Shown here: in pieces, positions 50,982 through 62,729 of the stretch | Position numbering within the stretch: the first letter of the stretch is position 1 | How the letters are laid out: every line of letters starts with the position of its first letter | Source: Takakia lepidozioides | Lineage: Eukaryota > Plantae > Bryophyta | Direction of reading: 5' to 3' | Assembly: GCA_030704615.1 (NCBI GenBank) | Contig: CM060731.1 | Location: 59,954,001 to 60,018,000, forward strand | DNA: 64,000 nt | Notes under the pieces: model-generated | What the model was told of the DNA's origin: nothing | The model's database searches: none | Seen by the model: only the letters and a program-made list of their open reading frames with translations | Program-made: the position numbers and the translations under genes

Positions 50982-53900
50982 AGCATGCGCGAAGGGCAGA
51001 CCCGACTGGATCGAGTTTGTGCACGTCACGCGCTTGAAGAAGCTGCGAAGATATTGGTACTCCTCAAAGGAGTACGATCGCAAAATAGTGGAAGCATGTG
51101 TTGATCTCTGTGTAGCCAAGAAGGAGAACCCAGAATGGAAGAAGGATAGACTCAGGTGTCCTTTTTGTGAGGAAGCTATAAAGGACAAAATCCAGTTGAA
51201 CCACCATTGTGTGGACATAGGTTGCAAGGGCACCATTGGCCCATACCGGTATCGCACAAAGCTAAAGATGAGGCTGTTTTCAATGGCCACGGCGCAAACC
51301 CAATTCCGCGAAGTACAGAGGAATTGTGCCAACAAAAAGAAAAGCTAGAGCGAAAGCGGCAAGGTCTGCTCGCGATGCAAACATGTCACTCCTGCAGGGG
51401 GGTCCATCCGAAGCGCGTCAGGCAAGCTTTGCTCGGGGTGCAAGCATTGCGGGCCTACATGGGAATCCGCCCGATGCGCGCCAGACCAGAAAGTCCCGGT
51501 AGACTATACCCATCAACTCCAGTGAGTATGAGTCTGCCGATGTTCTACCCCGCCGATCTGCCGAGCCGACCGACAACATCATCCGAAATAATGACTTCGA
51601 AGGGACGGGTCCACTGTCCAGTGCAGTGGATATTGCCTTATCTGAGAGGACAAACTTGGACATGCTCATAGACAGCCTCGATGACAACACCTCTCTTGCC
51701 TACACCGCCCATGAGACCCATGCCAGCAGCCTGGTCTGCGGTTTAGGCAGACCGAAGATATGGGACCTGATAAGACCCCCATAGAAGACTGCTGGACCAG
51801 TCTGCTCGGGGACGTTGCACCTACTTCCGTTTGGCATTCTCCCACCGGTCTACCTACCCCAAGACGATCTGCAGACAGGACAGATAACGTCAAGTATTGG
51901 CAAATCCGAACAAAATTGGTTGAATGTCATGCGTGATGACGATGCGGGCTACATTCGTGACGAGGTAATGCTATCAAATCGTTCCTGCAATTTTTTGAGA
52001 CTAGGTGTAATGCCGGCAGACCTTTTTCCTTATGAATTGTCGATCAGTCTGCTGAACTTCAGTAGACTATGTACGTCCATAGTTCGGTCTCTTAGTTAAT
52101 TTGCCCCAGTCTTTGGAGTCTACTAAAGAGAGTGGTCTGCTCATTGCCATGGTCTGCTGAGTGTTGTGGTCTACTAACAGATCTTAGAGCTCCGGAATGC
52201 CCAATGGATCATGTGTGTTTAGCTGCACAACAGACTACTCCCGTATGAACCGACTTGTGGTGAAGCCGACAGACCTATTTCATGTGTTGTCGCTCAGTCT
52301 GCTCAACTGTCAAAGACTTGAGCATCTAGACTGCATACGTCCATATTTAGGTCTTCTGAAATCTTTTTGTCTGCTAAAGTCAAGATTGTTTGTTGAAGTA
52401 TCATGGTCTGCCAAATGTCATGGTTTGCTGAGTATTGTGGTCTGCTGAATGTGATCGTCTGCTGAGTGTTGTTACACTCGGTCATTCGAATGGATCCGGT
52501 CTGTCCGATGAAGTTCATTTGTCTTTTGCTGCACATCAGATTGCTCAGTCTATTCACAAAGCCATATCAACTTGGCGGACGCCATGTCAAGAACCTCCTT
52601 TGCAAGTGCGTGAAGTGCGGCTTGAAATACAGCGGGTTCGCAAGTACATTTTGATGAAATATCCCGGGTCAGCGGCCGCCATAGACGAACTTGACACGGA
52701 GTCGGCAAGTCGTCTCCAGCAGACCACTGACTTCATCACTCCTCAGGAGACCACAGCAGACCACGACAGACCTCAGGAGACCCCAGCATACATCATCACA
52801 CCAAACCACACTGAAGCAGACGCAGCAATCATGAACAGAACTCCTCGCACCTCGGCAGACCGAAGCACGCCTTAGTAGACCTGAGACCTGAGACTGGTCC
52901 AATTGAAGAGGGTGAAGACTATGCCCATTTCCCCTCTACTGTGGGCATTTTTGGGGTGTGGAGATCGCCGTTACCGGTGACACCAAAGAACGCAGAGGAT
53001 CCTACACTTCCCCGCTTCAGGATTGGTGACACAAGTGTCCATCTGGACTGGTATAGTGACATGCACCACATTATAATGGGCCGGAGGTGGCCCTTTGTCC
53101 CTTTTCTCTATTCCATGGAGTATACTACCGAAGAAGCCAACCATGTTCTGGAGCAAGCAGGGAAGCTTGTTGTTTCTTCTTTGAGTGAAGGAAATGAACT
53201 ACCATTCCTTGTTCAGCTCCTCCTTATGGATGACCCTCGCCTAGAGGAGGTGCGGCATATGGCTGGCACACCCAACGTTCGGTGTCCGTAGTGAGTGCGG
53301 GCCACTTCGACCGAATGGCATCATCGTTCCTGCAGCATCGGTGGATGCAATTTGGAAATTTCACATGTGCTGTGTTTGACATTGTCTTGCGCAAACCAGA
53401 CGTGTTCAGAGTTCTGTGGTCTAAAACGGCGCATAACGACCGCAGTTCCACGCTTGCCCACCTTTAATTTTGCACTGCTCGACCGCCAAATTAAGGACAT
53501 CGGACTCGTTGGAAATCTGCTAGAAGATAATCACGCGCTGTTCTTTCTCATTCACTGCCCCCCCCCCTCCCCCCCCCTGCCAATCCTCCACCGCATGTGT
53601 TTATATCGTTTTTCCTGTTCCATGCAGGGCGGACAGCGGGACCTATAAATCGCATGTTGAGTGCTTTCGACTCCCTTGCCACGGCTGCTAGAGAGCCGGT
53701 TGATATCTTGGTTGTGCAGGGTCATGAAAATCAGGGGACTGTCCGTAAGGCTGGCCAGGTCCAACAGACAGCAAGGGAGGTTTGGCAGGCTGGGGGGAGG
53801 TCTCAGCAGACTGGTGTGGATTTTCAGCAGACTGTTATGCAGGCTCAGCAGACTAGTTTGGAGTCTCAGCAGACTGGCATAGAAATTGAGCAGACAGGAC

Positions 53901-54764
53901 ATGAAATTCAGCAGACTGCCAGGGAGTCTCGAGACGCCTGTGACCAGGAGACTCGCAAACAGACTGGACGGAAGACTCAGGATGACACTGAAAAAGGACA
54001 CTCCCATTACAAACCAGCAGACTCAGAAGATCTTGCAACAGACCTCAATGGAGTCTGCTGAACAGTACCCTCCACAGAGTGTCCTCCATGACTTGCCCAC
54101 AACATTTGCTACTGAGTCTGTTATGACGGGACAGTGGCACATTCAACGGCCTGACCATCAGCGGATATATGAGCATTTGAACCAATTTAAACGGACATCG
54201 TCTGCCCAACCCAACTTTTCAATGTCTGCCAACCCTTTGTCAATGGTGCCAAAATCGACTTTCCCCCGCCGGATAAGTTCACCCACACATTTTGGCCCAC
54301 ATGATGTAACTGTGACCTTGGTAAATCCCCAGTATCCATCATCCCATAGCGTGCCAAGTATGACATTTGAGCTTAGTCCTGTCTTCGTTCGTTCACTGGC
54401 GAGAGTCATCGATGAATTTGAAGTGAGCGAACCGACCTATAGACCAGTAAACCGCATCATAGACCTTACAACAGAATCCGATGAGGGAAGTCCAACAACC
54501 CCGGCCATACATGTCTCTGATTGCACCTTTTCCACCTCTGTCAACCCCGAGTCTGTTATGTCAGCAGACCCTCACAACTTACTTGATGTATTGCAACAAT
54601 TGCTGGCCCTTTATTTATCCTTTGTACACGGGGACATAAATGTAAATAATTGGGTTTTTTTTCAAATATGGCATGAACACAATATTGTTTGTAGGGTCCT
54701 TGAGATCTCCCAAACTGCAGGGCCTCTAGCCACGATTTTGGTACCGTTGGAAAGCCTTCAATGA
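50982..54764 (+). pseudogene. Fragmented unknown coding sequence, probably TE cargo (Cys/His cluster, heptad repeat)
   Basis: ORF pieces with CPFC-x11-HHC and a 21-bp/7-aa xQQTxxE repeat at about 53735-53930. No family recognised. Confidence 0.35.
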
Positions 54765-55206
54765 ATAGGGATGCACCGACTTGGTTTCATAAAATTTGGA
54801 CCTACATAGTAGTACAGGCCGAGGTCTGTTTTTAAATGAATAGACTTGATATAATAAAAAAATACATATACATATTTGAGGGTATTTTTTAATGATTCAA
54901 AAAAGAAATATACATACAGCAGGGGGTACTTTAAAAAAATTACAAATTTCTATATATTTACAAGATGGGGTTTTATAATCTTCAAAATGTATGTACAAAG
55001 GGGGTATAAATGATCCAAGGACCCGTATACATGGGGTTTTTTTTTATTAGGCGGCGAACGTACGTGATACGGACATTTTATAAAGAGTGCATCCCCCAGG
55101 TGACTGGCTGAAAGGCGATATGCAGAAAACCAAAGAGAGAGGACGAGCCTTCACACCAAGGTGGTTTAATTTCAGGTTTCCGTTGCTACAATGATTGCAG
55201 TGTGTA

Positions 55207-55535
55207 TGTCATGGTTTTAGTCAAGGTTATCTAGAATTACCTACTTCTAGTTAACTATGACATTTTAGATATTTATATTTATATTTTGTGTGTTGGGACT
55301 TCATTGGGTCTCACATGTCAAGTGAGGTATCGAGCCTCATTTGGGACATGGGGATAGGTTTTCCCCTTGTGAGGATGGAGGAGGCTCATCTTCTCGTAGT
55401 TGAGCCTCCATCAGCCTCTCTCACCTCCATAGCTCTAGGTATTGAGAGGGAGTGTGTTGAGGGCTCTGTAGGGTGGATTCCCTTAGCAAGGGTGCCCTTG
55501 GCTTGACTTAGTTTATGTGATAGAGTGGATTTCAC
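55207..55535 (+). mobile_element. Diverged LTR of the same family in the opposite orientation
   Basis: Begins tgtcatggtttt and aligns by eye to the reverse complement of 55700-56035. Confidence 0.7.
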
Positions 55536-55601
55536 TTGGAAGGACTAGGGCTTGTTCTTAGTGTGATTGCTTCATGCTTTGAGATCTTTCATTGTTTTCC
55601 A

Positions 55602-57897
55602 TGTCGTGCACCTAAGCATCGTGCCACAACATACATCGTTGTCCAACCACACTTCATAGCATATAGTCCTAGAAAGCCACGCCACAATGATACGGAAATG
55701 GTGAAAAGAGGAGAAACCACTCTATCACGTTATATAAGTCAAGCCAATGGCACCTTTGCTAAAGGACTCCAAAATACAGACCTCACCCACTCTCCATCTC
55801 AAGAACTAGAGCTATGGCGGCGAGAGAGGCCTCGGGAGGCTCGACTAAAAGAAGACGAGCCTGCCTACGTCTCACGTGGAGATAACCTCTCCACGTCCCA
55901 AGTGAGGTTAGCCACCTCACTTGGCACATGGAACCAAATGAAGTCCCAATGCCAACAAAATACAAATATAAATGTATAATGTCATAATTAACTATAAATA
56001 ACTATTTCTAACTAATCACAAACAAAACCATGACAACTGTCGTGCACCTAAGCATCGTGCCACAACATACATTGCTGTCCAACCACACTTCCTAGCATAT
56101 AGTCTTAGAAAGCCACGCCACAATCGCCCCCCTAGCTGGTGATTAGGTCCCTCTAACATCGGATAGCTTGCAAGTATCCACCCCAATAAGATCATCGTTT
56201 GGTCTTCAATCGCACAAGTCCCAACACCTGAAGTTGATAGATCAAGAGGCCGAGTGCAAACATAGCCCCATCATTAGTCGCCTTCATGTAATCCATGATC
56301 TTCAGTTGAGAATCCATGGTATTGAAGCCCCACTAGCTAGACCTTGGATCACTTGTCAGCCTCACCATTGTCATTCCCACTACCTTTGTCCAAGGCATCG
56401 TGGACACAACCATTCTCCGATAGGAACCTCCTCAAGTGGCGGTGTCAAGCATCCCATGTGCCACCCCCTTGAGCATTTGTCACACACCAACATGGTTGTG
56501 GCGCCACCAGCATGCCCACATAGCATGCAACGCAACCCTGCAGGTACCACTACAAGTTGGGATCTATCCTCCCATCCACATGTGGAAGGTGACATGACGC
56601 ACAATTGCGCACATGGTCCTTCCATACCATGCCATCTCGACCCTCCAGAATCAACACTCCTGAAGGCAACACCTCCCTGACCCTTAGAATCACACGTCCA
56701 GTTGTGACATCCAAGGTCATAGGCGTTGTCTGTTGCAGATACACATAGTCCCCAGGGTGGAAACGCCGAACACTTGGCCGATATCCTCCTCCACGTATAG
56801 TGGCGTACCTCAATGTGTTTCGGTGTTGGGCAATAGCAAGGTTCTCAAAAGCCATAGGCATGACTCTCTTGAACAACTCTGTCTGCTGGGCACATGCTTG
56901 TGTCCACACATCCGGATCATCAAGGTTGAGAACTGTTGCAGCCTCCCTGCGAATAGATGCAGGCACATCCGGCTCTCGGCCGAAGAGAATAAAATAAGGT
57001 GAGAAAAAGGCAAGTGAAGCTTGTTTGCTGAACCTATAGCCCATAGCTAGCCAAGGCAGCTGAAGGTCTCAATCTCCTAGGTGTCCCTTCTGCAAACCGT
57101 ACTTGCGCAAACCTCTCTTGACTATCTGAACAACTCTCTCCGCCAAGCCATCAGCCTCGGGATGATCCCGAGAAGTAGTGCGGTGATCTATCAACTTTCA
57201 AGGCTTGATCACACAAAGCCTGAAACTCCCCAAGAACTTTCTCCCCTGGTCCGTGAGTACCTCGGCTGGAGCACCAAAATGGCTAAGCACTCGATCTAAG
57301 AATGCATACGTAGCCCCCTCACTTGTCTTGTCAGGCAATGTCACCAGTTCAATCCATTTGGAAAAGTGTTCCACCATCACCAGCACATACTTGTTATGGC
57401 GAATCGTCAGTGACAATGGGCCTGCGAAGTCAAGACTCCAACGATAGCCCAAACCCATAATGGGTAAAGGATGCAATTGTGAAGTAGGGGCGTTGAAAGA
57501 AACCCGCACTCTATCACACACCATGCACCTTGCCACTAATTGTTGCACATCCGTGTGCATGCCCCGCCACCAATACTGCCCTTGCAGCAAACTATAAGTG
57601 CGCCGCACCCCAAAATGTCCCAACTCCTTATGGGCATGGCGTATCAATGACACTCGTTGTGTTGGATGAGGCACAATCCTCACTCGTCCATCCTTCCATA
57701 CCCGGAGTAGGTGAGTCCCCTCCCACTTGAACCTCTTGGCTCGTTGTAGGACCCAATCCCTCTCCTTAACAGTCACACTGGCTGATGTCTCTCCGGTACG
57801 AAGGTATGCCAACACTGTTGCATCTTCATGCACATCCTTAGCACCACCAAACTCATCACTAGTCTCTGGATCGTCATGCACCCTGGTTATCATTCCT
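55602..57897 (-). mobile_element. 5'-truncated Ty3/Gypsy LTR retrotransposon: integrase + PHD finger, PPT, 3' LTR
   Basis: HHCC (HKELGH...CMVC), DDE core (SLDFAGP, LTDQG, LAER), FSPYFILFGR, then a C4HC3 PHD (CMLC...CDKC..GWH.GC...WLCPRC). G-rich PPT at 56124-56133 and TG..CA LTR region 55602-56122. Frameshifted. Confidence 0.9.
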
Positions 57898-58084
57898 GAC
57901 GTGACGTGGCGCTGACTCACGTCCGACGTGCGTCACGTCACGTCGAATCCGGACGTTTATCCATGTAATTGTTTTTACATTTGATTTTTACGATTTACTT
58001 CTACCCTTTGTAATAACATGGTAGCCACGGTGTAAAACAGACGTGGCCAATTATTAATATTTATTAATTCTTTTTAAAAAAATA

Positions 58085-58410
58085 TGTCCGCCTATATTGG
58101 CGGTCGCATATAATCTATTATTTTTAATAAAAGCGACCGCCCATATTGGCGGTCGTTTGTAATTTAATATTTTATTAAATTAAGCGACCGCCAGTATTGG
58201 CGATCGTCGGTAATTTTTATAAAAAAAAATGAAGCGACTGCCCATATTGGCGGTCGCCCGTTATTTATTTATTCTTAAATGAAGCGACCGCCCATATTGG
58301 GCGGTCGCCCGTAATTTATTTATTTATAAATGAAGCGACCGCCCAAATTGGAGATCGCCCGTAATTTATTTATTTTTAAATGAAGCGACCGCCCATATTG
58401 GCGGTCGTTT
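58085..58410. repeat. Array of 7 palindromic ~50-bp units
   Basis: aagcgaccgcc-catatt-ggcggtcg separated by AT-rich linkers. Confidence 0.92.
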
Positions 58411-58885
58411 GTATTTTATTACATTTTAAAATAAGCTACACCATTCCCCCCTCCTTTTTTGATCACTTTTGCCTCTCTTGTGGTGCGGTTCATTGGCATC
58501 CTGTAGTCATTTCGGACTTCGTTGCTTGACACTGCCAACGGGAGGTGCAAAGGTGATTAATTTGGGGGGGGGGGGGGGAGGTTTTGTCGGTTTCTATTGG
58601 TCAGTCTCACACACTTGTTCACGGAACAATCATCGTATCACCATTTTGCCGTTTCCGGATCTCCGGCGGCCTGTTTTTTTGCAGAAAACTACGAAGACAC
58701 CATCCACACGCGTTCATTGTCATTTTCTGAGGTTTTAGACCCTGTAGTGGGCAAAGGTTTATACAATGTCGGGGGTTGTGAATTCAAGTTCTGGGGCGGG
58801 ATCGTCTGGGGGGCGGAGGAAGAGAAAACGTGCCCACGAATAGGATAGTCAGGTCAACAAGCCAGACTACCCGGGACCGGATGCC

Positions 58886-60240
58886 TTGGATAGGGTGAAA
58901 GAAGTGGTAACGGATTATTTCAAAGGTAGGGACATGATGAGGCTGGAGAGTGCTTATGTTAGGCATGGATGGGAGGGGTTTCATATTTTTCAGCAAAATA
59001 TGGAGATGAAAATAACAAACGTTTTGGCGGGTGCTAAGTGGACGGCGGACAGGGATAAGTCGAAGTTCAATCGGTGGATCCAAAGCAGGGCGAAAGACGC
59101 CACGTGGAATTTGAGGCAGCTAATGAAGACATGGAAGAGTAGAACAACCGAGGATCGAGTGCCTTCCGTCGAAGCTGAGTTAATGCGGCGTGTTGAGTAT
59201 TGGGCTTGCTCGGCAAGTCAGAATTCACATCGCCGGACTAGGGTTGGCCCTTGGAAGGCGGGGTCATCGGGCGAGTGAGACACAACTGGTCTTTATTACC
59301 TGAACTCTACTGCGAAGGTGGTAGAGATTGGCCCTTACAAATAAGGAGGGTATGCTAAGGTCCATCACTGTAGGATTGTTGGCGATTCTAGAATACCGGA
59401 GCATTGGGAGCTAGCGGGAAAAAAACCCAAGTCCAAAAATCCAGAAAATGTATTGAGACAACATAACGACGAGTGTTTGGCAGTGAAGTTCCAGCATCCG
59501 GGTGTTATCTCGTATTTTGTTGCGAATGCACGTGAGGTAGAGGGTTACACTCGCTGATGGAATGGGGGGACAATACGCGACATGATGAACCTTGACAGAA
59601 AATGGGGCAACGATTCGGACAACAGGGTGATTTTGGAACAAATGGGAACGGAAGCAGAGTTCCAGGAATGCGATCATTTGCTTCGTTTCCGGAAAGTGCG
59701 CATTAAACTTGCATGGGCACTGGTGTGCATCATGGATGTTGTCCACAAGAACGGTGTCCTGCACAACGACTTGTCCTCCGATAATATCTTGTTGCATTTT
59801 CCAGATGGCACCGAGGAGATCAAGATTGGGGTGTGTGATTGGGGCTTAGTCACCCCATTGGGCATACGCAAAGCCTCGCCGTACCAGTTTGAAAACCAGG
59901 ACAAGCTGGACCGGGAACTCGCGAAAAGATGATGGGTGGAAAAAAATATTGCATCGGTTTTCAATGCGAATGTCATGCCCCCCCCCCCCCCAAAGACATG
60001 ACGTTGGAGGCCTTTGCCGTTGGGAAAATAGCGGTACGAATAAATGGCGTCGCTCATTATGATCAAAGTATGTTCCAGGACCAATTTACATGAAGTTGTT
60101 GGCATTCAATGCTACAAAGGTTGTACGACAACAACAAGAATGAGAGAGTCACATTAGCCTATGTAGTACTTCGGTTCATGGGCAAGCCACTCAATTGGCC
60201 AGAGCCGAAAGACGTATATAGGACGGAGTAGACCATAGTC
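58886..60240 (+). pseudogene. Divergent Ser/Thr-type protein kinase pseudogene
   Basis: GGYAKV glycine loop, AGKK lysine, HPGVI, HNDLSSDNILL catalytic loop and DWG in place of DFG. Several stops and frameshifts. Confidence 0.8.
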
Positions 60241-60899
60241 TCGTAGATATGAGATTTTTGGCGGTACAATGGTTCTTTTATGAAGACATAACTCAATTTT
60301 GATCGTGCATGTAATAAATAAAGTCCCATTGTAAATACTACATTGCATATGCTCGACCCTGGCACCTGTCATCGCAACATAAATGGTTTGTGTACTGGCT
60401 CACTGTTTATATTTGTAATGTTCCAAGGTTACGGATAGGGTTATGAGAAAACGATGTATTAGTTCCGTAGGAGTTAGATAACAAACGTCTCCTCTCATTC
60501 AACTATGCGACACTACCATGAGAGGCATGGATCGGAAAGTAATAGGTGCACATGCGACCTCCGAACGTTTGATACTAGGTCTCTACTTAAACGTGCGGAG
60601 ATCGCATGTACACCTATTACTTTTTTTATCCATATCACTCATGGTAGTATCGCACAGTTGAATAAGATATGGAACGTTTGTTGTCTAATTCCTATGGATT
60701 CAATATATCATTTTCTCAGTACCCTGTCAGAAACATTGAAACATTCGCAGTTACAAACAGTGCCACAATACACGGTCGATTTTGTTGAAATGACATTTGT
60801 GAGGTTCGAGCGTATGCAATTTATTATTTACATCGGAATTTTATTTACTCGGGGGACCGGTACTGCTGTTGGAGCGCAACTGATGGTGCGAGTTCTCTA

Positions 60900-62370
60900 T
60901 TGATTGGAGCTGTCACAACCAATGTCAACAATCATCATTACGGTAAGGTTCATGCTATTGTTGTTCCTCTAGCTGAATTTTGTAGTACTTTTTTTGCTAT
61001 TCCCATGCCAACGTCATTTGAGACTGGCATGTTCAGCCACCCTGGCCAGCTTGCAGGCTGCAGCCATGGCCCACCATAAATTGAATGAATTGGAGATTTT
61101 GTGCGAAGTTCCTGGTTTCATATCCGTGGTGGCTGATACGGAATTCGGAATATGACAGTCGCAGTGGACTTGATGTTGTTGGCATGGGAGTAGCAAAACG
61201 ATTCCTAAATAATTCAGCTACATGAACATCGGCAGTATGAAACACCTTGCAGTACATATGATTCTTGATATTGTTTGCACGGATTATTTGTGTTTGTGCT
61301 TTCAAGTGGCGAACATTTCCGCCATGGTGCGACGTGCATTGGCCACGTTAAATGGTTGATGTGATACCATTTCAATTGTACCCAATTCTCCCAATCGTCA
61401 TTCAATGGGACCCATGCCTGAATCTCCATCGTTTTGGACAAGCGTCATGCAGTTGCCATGGCAATGTCCCGCTCCTTTGTAACGTGATCGACATCTAATA
61501 TCGGGTTCATCTCCGATTGAATGGCGACCCTCGAGCATTCCCCGGTTTCCAGTACTGGTTCTTTTTTTTTCCTCCTTCTCTCATCCGCAATTCGATGTTT
61601 TTCAACCATGGTTTCATCGGCCACAGGGTCAAGGACGTCTGTAACTTCTTGAATGATGAGGTCAATACTATGATCGGGCATCGTAAACTCCGCGTCCATG
61701 TCCACAGTTTGTTCGATCCTCATTGTGGACAACAGTGCCTTAATTGTTTAGAGGCATGTCTTGCAATCTAGCTTCCAACTCGGCTATGCGCAGTGTTTGT
61801 CAGTCTAGTCGGTCCTGCATGGTCCTGATTTGTTGGTTTCTTTCCGCCAGTTGTTCCTCTAACGTTGCAGCCGGTTATATTCCGAACGTGTCCGGGATGT
61901 ACTCCAAATCGTATAGCAACCTTGCGTTCCTCCTACCAGCAGTTTGCCAATTCACTGGACGCAAGAGTATGACCTCCACGTACAACATGGCTGCCAAGGT
62001 GTACGAGATTTGACCCTTTAAGAGAGGTTGACCCCACAATGTGCAATGCACCTCATTCGCCTTATGCTGGAAATGCAAGTTCGTGCAAGACTTGGACTCT
62101 GCGTAATTGTTTCCGGTTTGCACGTCATGCCTATCCAAAGGCCACAATCGATTGATGATGTACCATTTCACGAATTTTTTGCATCTCGCCATCAGCCACC
62201 GGAACTCTTCCGGAACATCCTCCCAGCCCTCTTCTGCTAGTATGCTAGGGTCACCAAATACTTCTCAATTCAAGTCTTGCCTTTACCCTTTGATTTTCTT
62301 AAGGGGCAGTCCATGTTCATTGGGGTCATCTCTTCCATGACGGTCATCGTCCTGGCCCTCTACCATTCTA
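60900..62370 (-). pseudogene. Degenerate unknown coding sequence convergent with the kinase
   Basis: Chain of short minus-strand ORFs with protein-like composition (coiled-coil-like LEEQLAERNQQIRTMQDRL, basic RRRKKK). No family recognised. Confidence 0.3.
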
Positions 62371-62729
62371 CAAGAACAACATTAAACGAGGTTTTCTAAA
62401 AAGACGTAACTCTAAACCTTTTCCCCGTTAAGTAGGTTTGAGTAGGTGTCAAAATAGTTCCTAAAAGCTAATTTTGTAAAATAAAATGATCCTGGAAGCC
62501 AGAGGAGGGCCTATGGGATCATTCTGCAACGACCTCACAGCAATCGCGGCCAAAAAAACCCCCCACCCAACCAATGGCCTCCTTCTCCACGTGACTACGT
62601 GTCGTGGAATAATGAAATGTCACGCACACAGAAGTTGTGTGGAGAGGAAGTGAGGGGAGAATAAGCCTCCCTTGGCTTATATCCCCCCCCGCCCTCATTT
62701 CTCGGGCCACGTGCAGGGCGAATCTTCTA

